Shown: positions 37,690 through 50,823, counted from the first letter of the whole stretch. The stretch is 56,583 nt of DNA, filler included, from Sphacelaria rigidula (GCA_964200075.2; 3 parts of 3 records of this genome joined end to end with filler, not necessarily neighbours in it), one strand, 5' to 3'. The notes: generated from the sequence alone by a model not told the origin. Translations and numbers: made by a program.

Positions 37690-37789
37690 NNNNNNNNNNN
37701 NNNNNNNNNNNNNNNNNNNNNNNNNNNNNNNNNTTAATTAATTAANNNNNNNNNNNNNNNNNNNNNNNNNNNNNNNNNNNNNNNNNNNN
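37690..37789. other. Artificial linker N44-TTAATTAATTAA-N44
   Basis: Same structure as 18796-18895. Confidence 0.98.
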
Positions 37790-38070
37790 GATACCGTCAT
37801 CGACACGCGTGTACACCGCATTCGTTAGGTGCACTTCGCCACAGCTGCTCAACTGCTGCGGACATTTGGGGGGAAATGGCTTCGCTAGGTCGCTCGTGTT
37901 TCGCGCCTTCCCTGCAAAAGAAAAATGCAACGTCGACCCCATATTTTGTATCAACCCCATTTTCTAGGATTCCATGTTATTTGTAAAACAAGATGCGTAT
38001 GAAAAGTAACAGCCTAGGCCTTTCGGGCCCAGACGTAATCATTAATCATTCCCGTCATGTAGGTGACATG

Positions 38071-39896
38071 CACACCCTGGACAATAGACGGCATCTATTG
38101 CAAAAGCAATAGAATCTGCTGCAGTAGATGCTAATATTGTCGTCCGTAATGGCCATCGATCGGCAAGTTTATCTCCCTTTTGTCGTTGGCAATGCCTATC
38201 GGTAGACTAGTTTCCCACAATCTTGTCTGGGCAGCAGTCTGCTGTGGCCCTACGCCGAAATTTATTGCGGCCGACCACATGCATCGATCGATAACTATCC
38301 ATATCCATTGATGACGGCAATGGTTATCGATAGACCGCGCGCCAAATCTAGTGATGACGATGGCTATTGACAGATTGTATACCAAATCTATTGATGACGG
38401 CAATAGCTATTGATAGATTGCGTATAAATCTATGCATGGCGGCAATGAGTATCGATAGATACATACCAGAATCCACTGTGGTTTACGATGCCTACCGGTA
38501 GATATTCTCTGTCGTCTACTGTCACACCTACATCGCAACATATACTACGTCAAGAGCATATTATACTCCGTTGAGGTACGGTCGAGAAGCCGCAGGTGGA
38601 CATGCAGTGGGTATTTAATGATACTACTTGTGGATATATGACATCACGTTTCTACAACGTCGGAACGCTTGTATTTTGTATGAATCCGCAATATGTGTGG
38701 ACAAATGTTAACAACTTTCGTTGTTGGGGTGGTGTTGGTACTTATGGTTGTCCCGCTGATGGACATGAGCGCTTACAGTACTTTCGTTTGTGGGTGAGAT
38801 GTGCTTATACCCTGGACAATAGACTATGTAATAAAACATTGACGCTGCAATAGCCCCGTAAATTTGACCGTCAATGTTCATAATGAGTCATTATCGACTG
38901 GAATCGATGTCTATCGACAGCTATTGTAGGCGACAATAGATTCGGGACACGGGACAGAATGTATCATCGCCGTGACAATGGAGGGACCAAGTTATCTATC
39001 GATACATTTTATATGTAGCAGTAGGCTCTGGATTGTGGCCACCAATGTATATTCCCATTCACAGTAGGATCTGCCACGCGGGCATCAATACATTTTGTTG
39101 GTTACAATAGGATATCAATTGCGCCCAGCAATGTCTATTGAGGGTCACAATATCATCCGAATCGCGGCCACCAATGTTTATCGCTAGTCACAGTGCAATC
39201 GGAATCGCGGCCACTAATATCTATTGCTGACCACAAAAGTAGCTGAATGGCGTCGATTACTAGCTCTATGTATGCACATATTTCGATGTTTGCTTCCACC
39301 TTATTCCACAGAAGCTATGGCCAGCTATGGCCTAAGGTCTTTGCGTGTTCATGTGCAAGGGGTATTGTCATTGATGTCATAAGACGACTGCCGTGAGCAC
39401 TTTATGTTTTAAAACCTATCTTTGGCGTCACTGGCTATCGACAGGTGCTCCCAAGAACAATCGACTGCTGACGGCAATGCCCATACTGATATAGACCAAA
39501 AAAATGATTGTTGGCGGCAGAGGCTACCGATAGACGGCCCACCAAAACTGTTAATGACGGGAACAGGTAATGATAGATAGCTCACCTAATCCATTGATAC
39601 GGCAGTGACTATTAATGGATGGCGCACCAAACCTATTGATAAAGGCGATGACTATCGATATATACATCCCAGAATCTATTGAGGTACACGATGTCCATCG
39701 ATGGCGAGTGATCCTCATCTATTGTAAGTGCAATAGGCTATCGATCGACTATTGCAACATATATTGTCCCTTGCACTGCATATCAATATTTGTGTTTCAC
39801 CATCTATCATGTTCGATAATATATATATCGATAGATTTTCCCCCTTGTCTACTGCGGAAGCAATGCACCATTATTGTGTCCATTGTCCAGAGTGTG
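38071..39896. mobile_element. 1.8-kb non-autonomous TIR element (CACA...TGTG ends) with three ~43-bp arrays
   Basis: cacaccctggacaatag ... ccattgtccagagtgtg; arrays at ~38300-38500, ~39000-39260 and ~39420-39700; no clear TSD. Confidence 0.7.
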
Positions 39897-40208
39897 ATAT
39901 TTTGATATTCTGAAAAGGCCCACATCACCTGCCCAAGTCAGTCACACTGACTTGTATGGGCTTTAGAGAGGGGAACAACAGCACCGAGGTGACCGTTGCT
40001 GGTGGCATGGGTCGGATCTACAAAGAAACAAGAAGAAAAAAAAACGGGTGTATCCTACCCGGCACTCCCCTTGGAACGTTCCCTTATCAAACTCAAGTTT
40101 CGAACGTTGCATCGTGACACAAACATGAAATACCATGAAAATGAAACAAGCTGTAGTTGGCAAGTCAAAAGGCGTTACGAGAAGAAGAAAAAAACAATAC
40201 TAACTGAC

Positions 40209-40350
40209 CAAATGGAAGACGAGGAGGTGTTCCCATAGTCGCGTAGAGTAGCCCTGGACGGTTCCGTGTGGTGTTCTTGCAGGGCCAAGTTCTTTTCGAT
40301 GCCGTCGATAACCCCGCGTCCTCCCGCATGGATGCAGAAATGGTCGATTC
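40209..40350 (-). CDS. KCS: 3-ketoacyl-CoA synthase exon (9th seen)
   Basis: [22 protein letters not shown]...GNTSSSSIW contains the catalytic His and Asn; AG/GT ends; phase 1 to 2. Confidence 0.95.
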
Positions 40351-41560
40351 CTAGGGGGGGGGGGGATTGAAATCAAGACAGAAAAAAAATATAAACGACG
40401 ACACAACAGTTTATTCAGCCATGAACGAATTGATTGAAGGGCAAACGACATTTTCCGGAATAAATAGGCACTTTCGGGCCGAAGCGGGGTACATGGGGTA
40501 GACCACAAGGCACAACGCTCGACCCGTTCGCTGCAGGGGGACCTCACGGTCGACGAACAACTACAGACCACAAGAGGAAAAAAAAACAGAAATTATCATC
40601 TCATGACATTCAGTAGAAAAGTTACCCGTATCATCGAGCAATATATTGGACGCTACAGCAGTGAATATTCGATCGGGCGAGCTTCACGCTCGAGAAGAAA
40701 TGGCCAAGTTGATATGTGGGGACAGCAGCCAACAATTGTCAATGCAGTACATTAATGCAAGTGCAGTTCAAAATCCCTCTTGCTTCGCCTATCGTGACTT
40801 ACCCACCAACCGTGAGCATCGTTTTTTTACATGTTTTGCGGGTCTTGACGGTGTTTTTTCGGCTCATCATCGAAAATGTCGACGGCACATGGACCAGGAC
40901 TAGGACAGCCTACGGAGAACAACATCACACAACCCAGCCATACAAAATTCCTCGTTGTTGTCGACATCTGCTTCGCCAAAAATCGAATATCCTTCAACTG
41001 GGAGGTGAGCACACGCGCCCATTTTCCAGACGGGGCAATCTTGATATTTGTGTGTGCGAGAGGACCTCAACCCTTTGGGAACCCCGTCCTGATTTGTGTT
41101 TTTGTGAATCGTCCTCATTTTCAGACATTTCAAAGTCAACATCATGCCGGTTCTCAAAAACAAAATTCTGCACTGGGTTCCCGAAGGGTAAAAAAGAAAT
41201 CGCCGTGTCACTTCTGTTCCCGAAACCAAGCATATCGTTGTGGACTACACTTCCGGTTAGATGCAAGCTTAAAACGGCACGCGATCTCGACGCGGCGAAG
41301 AGGTCCTGGCAGCGCAGCCGACTGTTGAGAGGGGCACAGCGGTACTCAAGAGCTTCTCGTATAGATAAAGGTATCCTATATATCGTTGACCCGCGCGTTG
41401 GTGAACCGTCGCTTCGGCAACACGCCATAATGTACGGTGTGCCGACCATAATAACATGTAGTACGGGTAGTCTCAACAGAAGAGCAGTCGGGAAATTTCA
41501 CACGTCGGACAACTCACGAGCTAAGTCACAAAAATGTGCTATGACTTATGCCGTGGAGAC

Positions 41561-41765
41561 AGGTACCACGGAGCTATACCGTAAGAGCTCATCCAGTCTG
41601 CAAAGGTACCGCTGAGGAATACCGTATAACTCAGCCAGTACGAAAAGGTACCCTTGAGTTATGCTGTATAGCTCAAGCCAATGGAAAAAGGTACCGCGGA
41701 GTCATGCTGTACAGCTCAGCCAGTAGACATAGGGTACCGCTGAGTAATACCGTATAACTCAGCAG
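41561..41765. repeat. Five ~42-bp tandem units (aggtaccgctgagt.ataccgtataactcagccagt)
   Basis: ggtacc recurs every ~42 nt; units contain a tgagt..actca mini-hairpin or a variant of it. Confidence 0.85.
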
Positions 41766-42818
41766 CTGACTAAAAACGCAAAAAAAAATATCCTGTAGAT
41801 AACCGTTGGACAGGGAGATATGCGTGATGCAGATGGACCACCCTCGTCGCGGTAGAAGGGTTAGAGCGACTAGAGTTGTCCGACATGCCGAACACTTTAC
41901 AGGGCGAGATACTCTGCGCATATACTGTTCCGAAGTTGACATGAAATAATCACGAAAATCGGCGCCCCCGCAAGAGACGTTGTATGCACCCCCCATGCGG
42001 TATTTACACCTATTTCATATATACACATAGGGTTCACCTCCCGTACTTACTAGTACTTTGCTGTTACCACTACGCACGCCTGGAAGAGAACAAGAATGAC
42101 CGACACATCGAAAATAAACCCGCGTTAGCATGACCTTCGACAACGCGTCCTGCACCGCTTTGTACTGCCATGACGTCAGCTAGTTCTTGGGCTGTTCACT
42201 CTGCCAAGTTTGCCAAAGATCCCCTCACAGTACACACATGCTCGCCACGGAAACAGAATAAAAAACCAGGGATTTGTACGGATAAAACCGTGGTTTTACG
42301 GATTGAAGACGGTAGCGTCAGAACTAAATAGAAATATGAATAAGAGGGAACACGGAAAAGTAACCGGTATGGGGACTCGATCTGCGCACATTCCACTTTG
42401 AAGGGATTCATATTACGGGTCCTGCTACGGATTTACAGCGTTTCCCGTAGCGATATTTTTCACGGGTTTTAAAACACGGATTTTTTTTCAAAAGGCTCCT
42501 GAGGGAAGAAGACGATATTTCTTGTAACGCTAACACGCTGGTTCGGTTCCTCGTCACCATCAGCTGTTTTCTTTGCCCTTCTTTGCGCCAACGTTGTTTT
42601 ACTGTTCATCTCAGAGCAAAAAGAATAAAAACGCGATTTCCTCAGTACACATCCCTGTAGGAAACTCAGCGATCAGACTTGAAAAGATTCACGAGACGCC
42701 CACTGTATATGAAGTCCAAAACTCGATACTGCGGGAAATGTTTGGATGCGTCGTGTTGCACATATGCCCAACTACTGTACGAGTGCAATTCAAAGGCGGC
42801 AGATATACACCATCTCAC

Positions 42819-42915
42819 CGCGCTTGAAATCGGGCTGGTAGTAGGCGATGAACGGCACCTTCTCCGCCAGACTGCTCTTGCGCTTTTCGAACACTTCCCT
42901 CAGCACCTTCGTGAC
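42819..42915 (-). CDS. KCS: KCS exon (8th seen)
   Basis: VTKVLREVFEKRKSSLAEKVPFIAYYQPDFKR(G); cag/GTGAG; 97 nt. Confidence 0.92.
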
Positions 42916-43048
42916 CTGCAACAGCCAAGAACAGCAAGAGCAGTTAACACCAACACCACACGACAGCACAGAGCTGGTGGTGGTTTTCTTTCCAACGGTT
43001 TCGACCAGTTTTCAACAGTAGTTTATCGTCAACTGAAGCGAGAAAAGG

Positions 43049-43100
<52 letters not shown>

Positions 43101-43160
43101 CACTACTACTACTCCCACTGCCCACTACTACTACTACAACTGCCACTACCACCACTACTG
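43049..43160. repeat. (ACT)n microsatellite in a short KCS intron
   Basis: Direct reading of the sequence. Confidence 0.95.
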
Positions 43161-43171
43161 CTACAATGTAC

Positions 43172-43363
43172 CTTGCGGAGTGCCAGCGCCTTCACCACCT
43201 TGTACTGCTCCGAAATGGGCAGCACGTAGGGTCCCAGTGAAGTAAAGTTTTTTTCCATAGCGCGTCCAGCCACCTTGACAATCTCCTTTGACAAGCGCAC
43301 ACCGTGGTTGCCCAACTGGTCCTCAGATTCATAAACCGCCTCGAAAGCATCCTTCCCCGCCCC
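43172..43363 (-). CDS. KCS: KCS exon (7th seen)
   Basis: GAGKDAFEAVYESEDQLGNHGVRLSKEIVKVAGRAMEKNFTSLGPYVLPISEQ...ALRK; 192 nt. Confidence 0.95.
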
Positions 43364-43964
43364 CTGGAAACAGCAGCATACAACAATCAGAAGGCACGTT
43401 GAAAAAACAGCGCAAAATGATGTGACACGCCAAAAACTGATCAATGAAGTGACTGATGATGAACGAGACGAAATATGGATACACCGTGAAACGGACAAAT
43501 GAGGGTATTCTACATGAACTTTTCGTGGGGGTTCACGTTGCGGTTCGGCAGACACATCTTGTGCTCATCCATCAGCTCTCGGACCCGAACCGGTACAAAC
43601 CCGCCTCTCCCCATGCACTACAGTTTGAAAAGATCACAGGTATCGGGTCAGGCCTCCCCAGCCAGGCAACGAGAACATAATGCATGCTGTCGGAAATGTG
43701 AGGGAGATATAGCGACGCAGGTCGCGTGAAGTCCCGCGGCAACTCCGCTGTATGTGTGCCTCTCCAACTGCACAATTGCATAACAGCTCGGCTATCGCTG
43801 CGCGCAAAGGGTGAAACGATGTTACCAGTGCCTAAAATCTCGCCGCAGCTTGTCACGGGACGAGTTCAGCAACCTCCAGCCCTGAAGCTTCTCCGGGCGC
43901 TCCACTGGTTAATACAAACCACTGTCTGACACGGCAGGGCTTGTAGCTAAGCACCAGCTGACGA

Positions 43965-44850
43965 CCTGCGGCCTGCCAGGCCATGCCCGTCAGGCCATGG
44001 CGATACCTATCCTAGCGGCACGCGTAACCTACCTCGCGGTAACGGCAGCCGAAGCGGTAGGAGTGTTCGTTTCTCCCGGAGAAGGCGGGCGCCGCAGCCT
44101 AGGCGAGGTATTTGACGTGAGGCCTGAGCCGGGAAAAAGGGCAGAGCCCGAGGTCGCGCAGGTGACAGCGGTGGTCAAGCCGACGGGCGGGTACTTGAAG
44201 ATGCAGGCGAAGAAAGAGAGGACGACGCGGGCCAGCAGGGGGAACCAGGGGAAAAGAAGACGGCCCAAAGACAGATGACGCCCAAGGTGCTGCGCACCCG
44301 ATTCAAGGATACGTCGACCTGAGCGGAAAATCCAGTGTCGAGGGAGGTGACTCAAGCGCGCAGAGAGAGCGGGTTGCAAAGCATGTAGCGCAGCGGTAGC
44401 GGAAAACATGTTCCGCTACCGCTGCGCTACGTAACTATGCAACTTTCTCGCTGTGCCTTCGACTCCCCCCTTTCGGCATTGCATTCTCGCTCAGATCCAC
44501 GTACGCCTGCAATAAGCCTGGCACGCTGGCTCTGTCTCCAGGCCGTCTCCTTTTCCCCGTTTCCCTCTGCTGATCCGCGTCGTCCTCCATTTTTTCGCCT
44601 TCATCTCCAACCACCCGTCCCTCGCCTTGCCCCATGCTACGGTATCAAGGGCGCGACTTTGGGCACTGCCCTTTTTTCCCTGCCGGGGCCTCATGTCAGA
44701 CTTCTCCCCGGGGCTGCGGCGGTCCCCACTCTCTTTCGGGAGAATCAAATACTCCACCACTTCGACCGCTATTACCGCGAGGTAGGTTCGGCGTGCCGCT
44801 AGTATGAGTTTCGCCATGGCCTGGCAAGTATGGCCTGGCATGAGCCGCGG
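43965..44850. repeat. ~0.9-kb intronic palindrome with a perfect 20-bp central stem
   Basis: gtagcgcagcggtagcggaa-aacatg-ttccgctaccgctgcgctac at 44385-44430; diverged arms give mirror ORFs 43997+ and 44491-. Confidence 0.9.
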
Positions 44851-47686
44851 ACAAGTCTTGTCCGGCTGTGGCGATCTCCAGCGAACGGTGTCGAAATTTG
44901 TAGCGGTCCTGCTCTCCTAACCGCATGAAAGGGACAAGGGAACCGCCGAGCATCAGCGCGTCTGTCGCACGCCCTTCCAGGCAAAAAAAACTGTGCGGAA
45001 GGGCACAAGGCGCAGATCCACCTCTTGCCCGACACTCAACGGGCCGCCGACCATGCACAGAAGTGCAGCTACAGCCCCCATCACGCTAGCAGCGGCCCAG
45101 TGGCTGCGTGAATCTGGCTTGGGGTAAAATGAGGCATTCCCTCGGTACTCCCCGCTCGCGTTCTACCTGCCGCTGCCGCCGGCGAGTTACCGCCGCTACT
45201 TGCTCCGCCTGCAATCTGCATAAGTCTTATTATCGGATGTAGCGCGTTCTCAGCCCAACATCTGCCTCCACGTTTCTTACACTCTAGGGCTGGTTATATT
45301 ATTACCCTTCTAAGCACTGATCTGCAGGGGCTTTCCCCCGGGGATAGATCGTCCCTCCGGGAACGTTCTTCAAGTTATTTCCTCTTCATTATAGTAACAC
45401 CGCCATTTCGGAACGGAAACTTAGATACCTGTCCATGAGGCCAGCAGAAAGTACCCTCCAGAACTTTGGAATACTCACTGCCTTCAACAACGTATCCATC
45501 ACGTACCCAGGAATACCCAGTTTTGTCAACCAGATACTCTACAATACCCAATATGTTCCATGCCCTGGACAACAACAAAAACATGGTCAATAGATGCAAA
45601 AGGAAGAAGTATGTACTGCGTAAAGTATAGACCTATTGCAACGATTGCCGATTTATGTAATCCAACACGACAAAAAATAGCTGCGATAGATCGATACTTG
45701 ACACGGTACAACTTTTTTATGGCAGCTATTGACCACATACGGTCTAGGTCGTGGTGTTTTCGGCGTTCTCCAGGTACCGTACTCTCGAGTACCGAGTACT
45801 GGAAATAATCTGGAAATACGAAAAACCTGCAGTATCGTACTCTATCCCAAGCATCTTTGGCACGGTGCATGACTCGTACGCATCACCAATCGGAACAGAA
45901 CGGATCAACCAAATATGCCGCCGTTGGTGTGTTGTTCTGCAACACATTCTAAAATGGTTTATATGCCGCACGTGCGGCAGATCACATCAGATCAACGCAG
46001 AACAGGACAGATCAGCCATATGTGCCGACATCAGTGTCACTTGAGGGCACGCTCAAAAGCAGTGTATATCCCACACCGAAGAACAAGCCAAACCAGGAAA
46101 AATATCAGCATAAGAATGTCACCCTGGAGAAAGTTCGAAGGGTAAACTGAATGGGGTAAGTACCCGGGTATTACCTCTTCGAAATTTTGTGTTGCGCTGG
46201 TCCGATTTCCACACTCTACTTGGATATTGGGTAAAGTTAGGTACGGTCGCATTTAATCTACCCCATATCTGGGTGTTGTTGAAAACGATCCGAATTCTCT
46301 ACTCAAGTTCTGGGTGCGTAGAGTACGGGTTTTTAAAATACTCACATGTACGAAAATGACCTACCCAACACACGCTTGAAATGTCTGAAGCCTAAAACGG
46401 TGTACAATGTACCTCACACATATGAAACAAGACACAACACAACAGCCGAGTACAGCGGCAATCGTGTGCCATCCTAGAGAACGTTCCATAAGTTTCTCGT
46501 GTATGACTCATACGTACCACAGAGCACAATAAAGCAAAAAAACATCAATTTATATATCCAGCGTTTTTACTGCGCCACTCTACAACTCGTTCAAGAAAGA
46601 ACCCGCCCCGTCTGTGCTTCTGTCGAATTAATTTTCTCGATGCGACGAATAAAACTCCGTGGCCGTTCACCCAGTTTTGATTTACCGGGAAAACGCCGCG
46701 CATACGTCTTCATTCACCACAGAGCTCTCATCGACCTCGGAGAGACATCATGTTCGCTTGACCGCATGCAAAACGCCCATAACTCAAATATTTTCAGTTC
46801 ATTTAGGCATACTCGACACTCCTCTCAGGGCTATAAGTCTTACTAACGGTTTTTTCCCCCCGAATATTTCCACTTTTTTCGGGGAAAACGAAAGAATGAC
46901 TTTTGCCCCGAATAAACGAGAGCATATTTCTATTATAAACCAGATCACTCAACAGATAAATTCAAGACTGACTGCAGATTTCTCCGATAACTATTCGTCG
47001 CAAATTGTTTTCAGCATTTCTGTATGGGAGGAGTCGGGATAAGGAAGAGGATTCATGTCTTCAGAAAAAGCAAAGAAAATCGAAAATATATATATACCCA
47101 GTTCATGAGACAGCTAACTTCTATTTACATCGGGTGACAAAGAATATATGTCCTGCCTGACCTATGCACAAACGTCCTCACCACACTTCATCTTCACCAC
47201 ACCAGAAATAAAAAATAATAAATACGGAGGTCAGACGGATATCCGTTGGATGATGACGACAACACTGGATGGATAAAAAGTCCCAAAATTACCGCTGGTG
47301 CCACAACACAAAACACAAAACACACCGACAAAAGCATGAAGGAAAAAAACGCAGGCTTTTTGCGAGGCCCAGGATAATTGCGGTTTTGTTGGATAGTGTA
47401 TTTCCCTTTTCAAAAAATAAACCCAAACAACCATCCAACCATCCCATCTCATCCCCAGCCAATCATTGATTAGTTAATTAATAATTAAATAATGATAATT
47501 ATTTATTTATTTATAATTCAGCACTGATTATTGTTGTGCACTCGAAAAAAAACACGAAAAAACGAAAAATGCACTTTTTTTGCAAACCTCAGGACTATTG
47601 CAATATTGTTAGATATTGTCGTGCATTTGGCATGTGCCGTTGCTAATTTTTAACTTACAACGGCAACCCGGTGTCTGCGCGTTCAC

Positions 47687-47788
47687 CTGAGTCCTGACGG
47701 TATACAAAAGCTTGAACTTAGATCGGCTGGCGTCTTGCCACTTGTTGGACAGGAGGATGGCAGCACCGCCCACCCGGAAGAGTGTATT
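47687..47788 (-). CDS. KCS: KCS exon (6th seen)
   Basis: [34 protein letters not shown]; 102 nt. Confidence 0.95.
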
Positions 47789-48486
47789 CTGTAAGTAAGA
47801 CACAAAATATTTCATCGTGTGTTGCCGAAACACAAAAAAGAGAGACAGAGGTCAGACGGTATGAACGAAACAGAGGTAAAGGGGTGTAATTCACGATACC
47901 ATTTTTCTTCAATTAGAATCCCGGACATTTTCAGGCACTTGCTACGTTCTTTCTTCCGAAAAAGGGGGAGAGCAAGTTTTTTGTAACCAGGCGAGGCAAA
48001 TAGATGACTTGAAAACTGACCACAGTTGCTCCGAAGATCCAGCGTCGACTTCACTTTCAGAATTTTCCTCCTCTGCGAAAGTCGGGAAAATTTACTGTCT
48101 CCGCAAAAGTCGAAAAAGTCTGGAAAAAAGTTCCGATCATATTGCCTCTACGGGCAAGGGGAACGAAGTAAGGACTGATCCCGATATACCACCCCCCCTC
48201 GCCTCCCCTCCCCCAGAATCATCGCTGGTTTGAGGAAGCGAACTCTAGATGTAAATCAAAATCACTGAAGCCGAGCACACCGAGCAGCCGACATCACTCG
48301 AAGGAAGGAAAGGAGGAAGGAGGGGAGGAAGGAAGAACAGCTTGTACAATGTCGCAGTACTGCAGGTATCCGGGAAAACAAATGAGGGTTCAAGAGAATA
48401 CCACTCATTTTGGGAACTCAAAAATGAAGTCAATTTGTATATGGAGAGTAAATAGCCCTCCCTCTCCACAGTGCAGCATAATTTAC

Positions 48487-48588
48487 CTGCAAGAGCATGG
48501 AGCGCTCGTTGCCGTGATAAAGGTTTTGGGTCAAGTTTTCCGTAGATACCACCAGAGCCAGAGACGAAGGCTTGGCCTTTAGCAGGTC
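48487..48588 (-). CDS. KCS: KCS exon (5th seen)
   Basis: [34 protein letters not shown]; 102 nt. Confidence 0.95.
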
Positions 48589-48664
48589 CTGCAAAGTGCA
48601 CACGCGCGGCCACACGCACAAGACACAAGACACAAGACACGAAGGTACGGGGGGAGGGGGGGAG

Positions 48665-48781
48665 GGGTGTCCTCATTTGCTACTTGCCTCAGTCATTTGA
48701 TCCTTGACCACGCTCATCTTTCGAGACGGAGCACCGTTCCTATTCCTACTAGAGATACCTCCAACGTTTCGGTGCTCATTT
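48665..48781. repeat. Short dispersed repeat, inverted copy at ~53776-53895
   Basis: ggagcaccgt.ccta and ctcattt motifs shared in reverse orientation. Confidence 0.6.
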
Positions 48782-49624
48782 ATTACGTTTCTTTCATGCA
48801 CTTCACAACAACGACAAAAAATCACATATCTTACGCTCATCCTGTTTCGCCGTCTGTGGCCCCCATATCTTCCTGATACAGCGACCGTTTGTTCTCACCA
48901 CTTGTCCAATGCACAAACAATTTTGTGTCACCTTCATTTAATCCCCACATTTCCCCTTCCAACACGCCTCGTTCTTTCTTGAGCAGTTCTCAATCGGGGG
49001 GGAGGGGGTAACAGGGGGGGAACTAGAAATGAGCACAGGTTGCGCCGCCACTTTCCCCTTAAGGAACTCGAGAAAAAACAGAACAAAGTCCCGTCCGTAT
49101 GCGAACTTTCGGCACCGGGAAAAAGTCACTTTGAGTTTGGTGCACGAATCTGCCACAATGGTTTACTTGAACTTACAGCGGTGCACCGTTTCGTTGGGCT
49201 GCACCATCAACACTTGCACAAAAACAACCCTATCTTGCCCAATAAAACATCAATTGTAAATCTTCACTTCTTCATCAACGGTTCCGAAAAGGTTAAAAAG
49301 CTATTACTTGGCGTGAGGCTTGACTTCTAGTTTCCTCCATGGGCTACCAAACAGCAACCATATATGAAGGTCTTGGAGTGGGGTTCTCATTTAGGCATCA
49401 CAACCTTTGCTCAGGTGTTGCATACTCTGAAAACTTTGACGGTCAAGTTCGTAGCTCTCAAGCTATCAAGTGGTGTGGCTACACGTACAACGGCTTGGAG
49501 CTTGGAGCAAGTAGGTACAACGACAGAGTGCCTCTACAATCTACCTGACCTCCTCGGCTTTTTTGCATATGCTACACATCATGTCCAACGAGTACATTCT
49601 GAGTTCGAAAAACGAGGGACGGCC

Positions 49625-49850
49625 CAGAGTCGATTCCTACGACTGACTCAAATCGTAAAATCAGAGCGAATCAAAGTCAACTCACATGACTGACCTAACC
49701 CGGGAATACAAGAGCGATTCGGAGGAGATTCTTACCCCTGACTGAAAACGGAAAGCGAGAGAGTGATTCAGAGTCGACGTCCACGACTCACTCGATCCGG
49801 GAAACGAAAGCAATTCGGAGTCGATTCTTTACAAGATCGGAGACATCGCC
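49625..49850. repeat. Degenerate ~45-bp tandem array (gagcgattcggagtcgattc..acgactgac)
   Basis: About five diverged units. Confidence 0.7.
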
Positions 49851-49979
49851 GACGACCTCGTCAACCACAACCAATACGACGACCACGACTCAGACCCGTA
49901 GTCATCGAACGCAGGCAAATTTTACGGCTGTCGCTGAGGTCTTATCCCACCCGATTTTTTCCCCATTTCAGAAGAGCCG

Positions 49980-50320
49980 CCGCGCCCGGGTGGTGTTTTG
50001 GTCCGACTGTCACCATTAGGGTGGAGATAACCAGGGCTCGATTCCCGACGCGTTGGGTTTTTACTTCGAAGTACTTGATTTCCACCGTGGAAAGCGTGAG
50101 AACGTGAGGGACAAAAAAACAACAGGTGACTGAGTTTTTTTACTAGAGTTGACGCGGTGCCGGGAGTGTTGGTCATGATCCAATCCGCCAGACCAAAATG
50201 CAAGGCATGTACCGGGGAGAGATGGGTTGATCCCTTGAGGTCACGGGCTCGTCCCGGGGAAGGGAAGGGGTTCAAAGTGCGACAAATGAATGAAATAATA
50301 AAAATAAAAATAAAATGAAA
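49980..50320 (+). mobile_element. tRNA-derived SINE-like element, full length with (AAAAT)n tail
   Basis: A-box-like tggtgttttgg, B-box-like gggctcgattccc, conserved 3' body and A-rich tail. Confidence 0.75.
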
Positions 50321-50410
50321 TGAGGGTGCATTTTTTCGAGTAAGGAATACTGTGTGGTACATGTCAGACTTCGGCATCGCAGTGACGAACCCCCAACCAC
50401 GTCACTGATA

Positions 50411-50480
50411 TGATTGATTGATTGATTGATTTCTTGACTACACAATAACTGATCCGCGAGTGATCCAGCCGTGGTCATTA
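50411..50480 (-). mobile_element. LINE-like 3' end with (AATC)n tail (other copies ~51547-51622, ~56011-56070)
   Basis: Minus strand gaccacggctgg...(t/g)agtt...caatcaatcaatc in three places. Confidence 0.6.
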
Positions 50481-50693
50481 GATAGGCGTACATACCCAAG
50501 GCGAACAAAACGGGAACGGACAGGCTTGCAAGAGCAAAATATTCAGTGTGAAAAAACAGACAAAAAATATCAATGAGTAAATGAAACCGAGTGAGTTGAG
50601 GAAAATTAAATCAAAAAACAAACAACACGAGGATATCTCACAATATGACCACGGGGTCTTAAAGCGGTACAACATACCAGTTCATATACGTAC

Positions 50694-50823
50694 CTTGGCG
50701 AGGTCCAGAGAGATGATTCCCGCGCTGCACCCCATTCCGCTCAAGTTGAACGTTCTCGCGTCGGAGCGCATGTTGAACTTGTGGCTCACCATCGAGCACA
50801 GGGACGGCGTCGGGGAGAAGAGA
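50694..50823 (-). CDS. KCS: KCS exon (4th seen), catalytic Cys
   Basis: SLFSPTPSLCSMVSHKFNMRSDARTFNLSGMGCSAGIISLDLAK; 130 nt. Confidence 0.96.

Noticed and set aside
37797..37911. In-phase acceptor and open frame as the last KCS exon
   Set aside because: The peptide (WEGAKHERPSE...) lacks the expected YE...QIAFGSGFKCNS C-terminal motifs.
38300..39700. Regularly spaced ~43-bp repeats as a CRISPR-like array (also 41561-41765 and 22584-23100)
   Set aside because: Units are contiguous and degenerate, with no constant repeat plus unique spacer; no cas genes; eukaryotic context.
40716..41615. 299-aa ORF as a gene
   Set aside because: It lies within a dispersed hairpin repeat in a KCS intron, antisense to the gene, and has no recognisable motif.
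49985..50055. Functional tRNA genes at the B-box-containing sites
   Set aside because: No complete cloverleaf could be drawn; each sits inside a repeated element.
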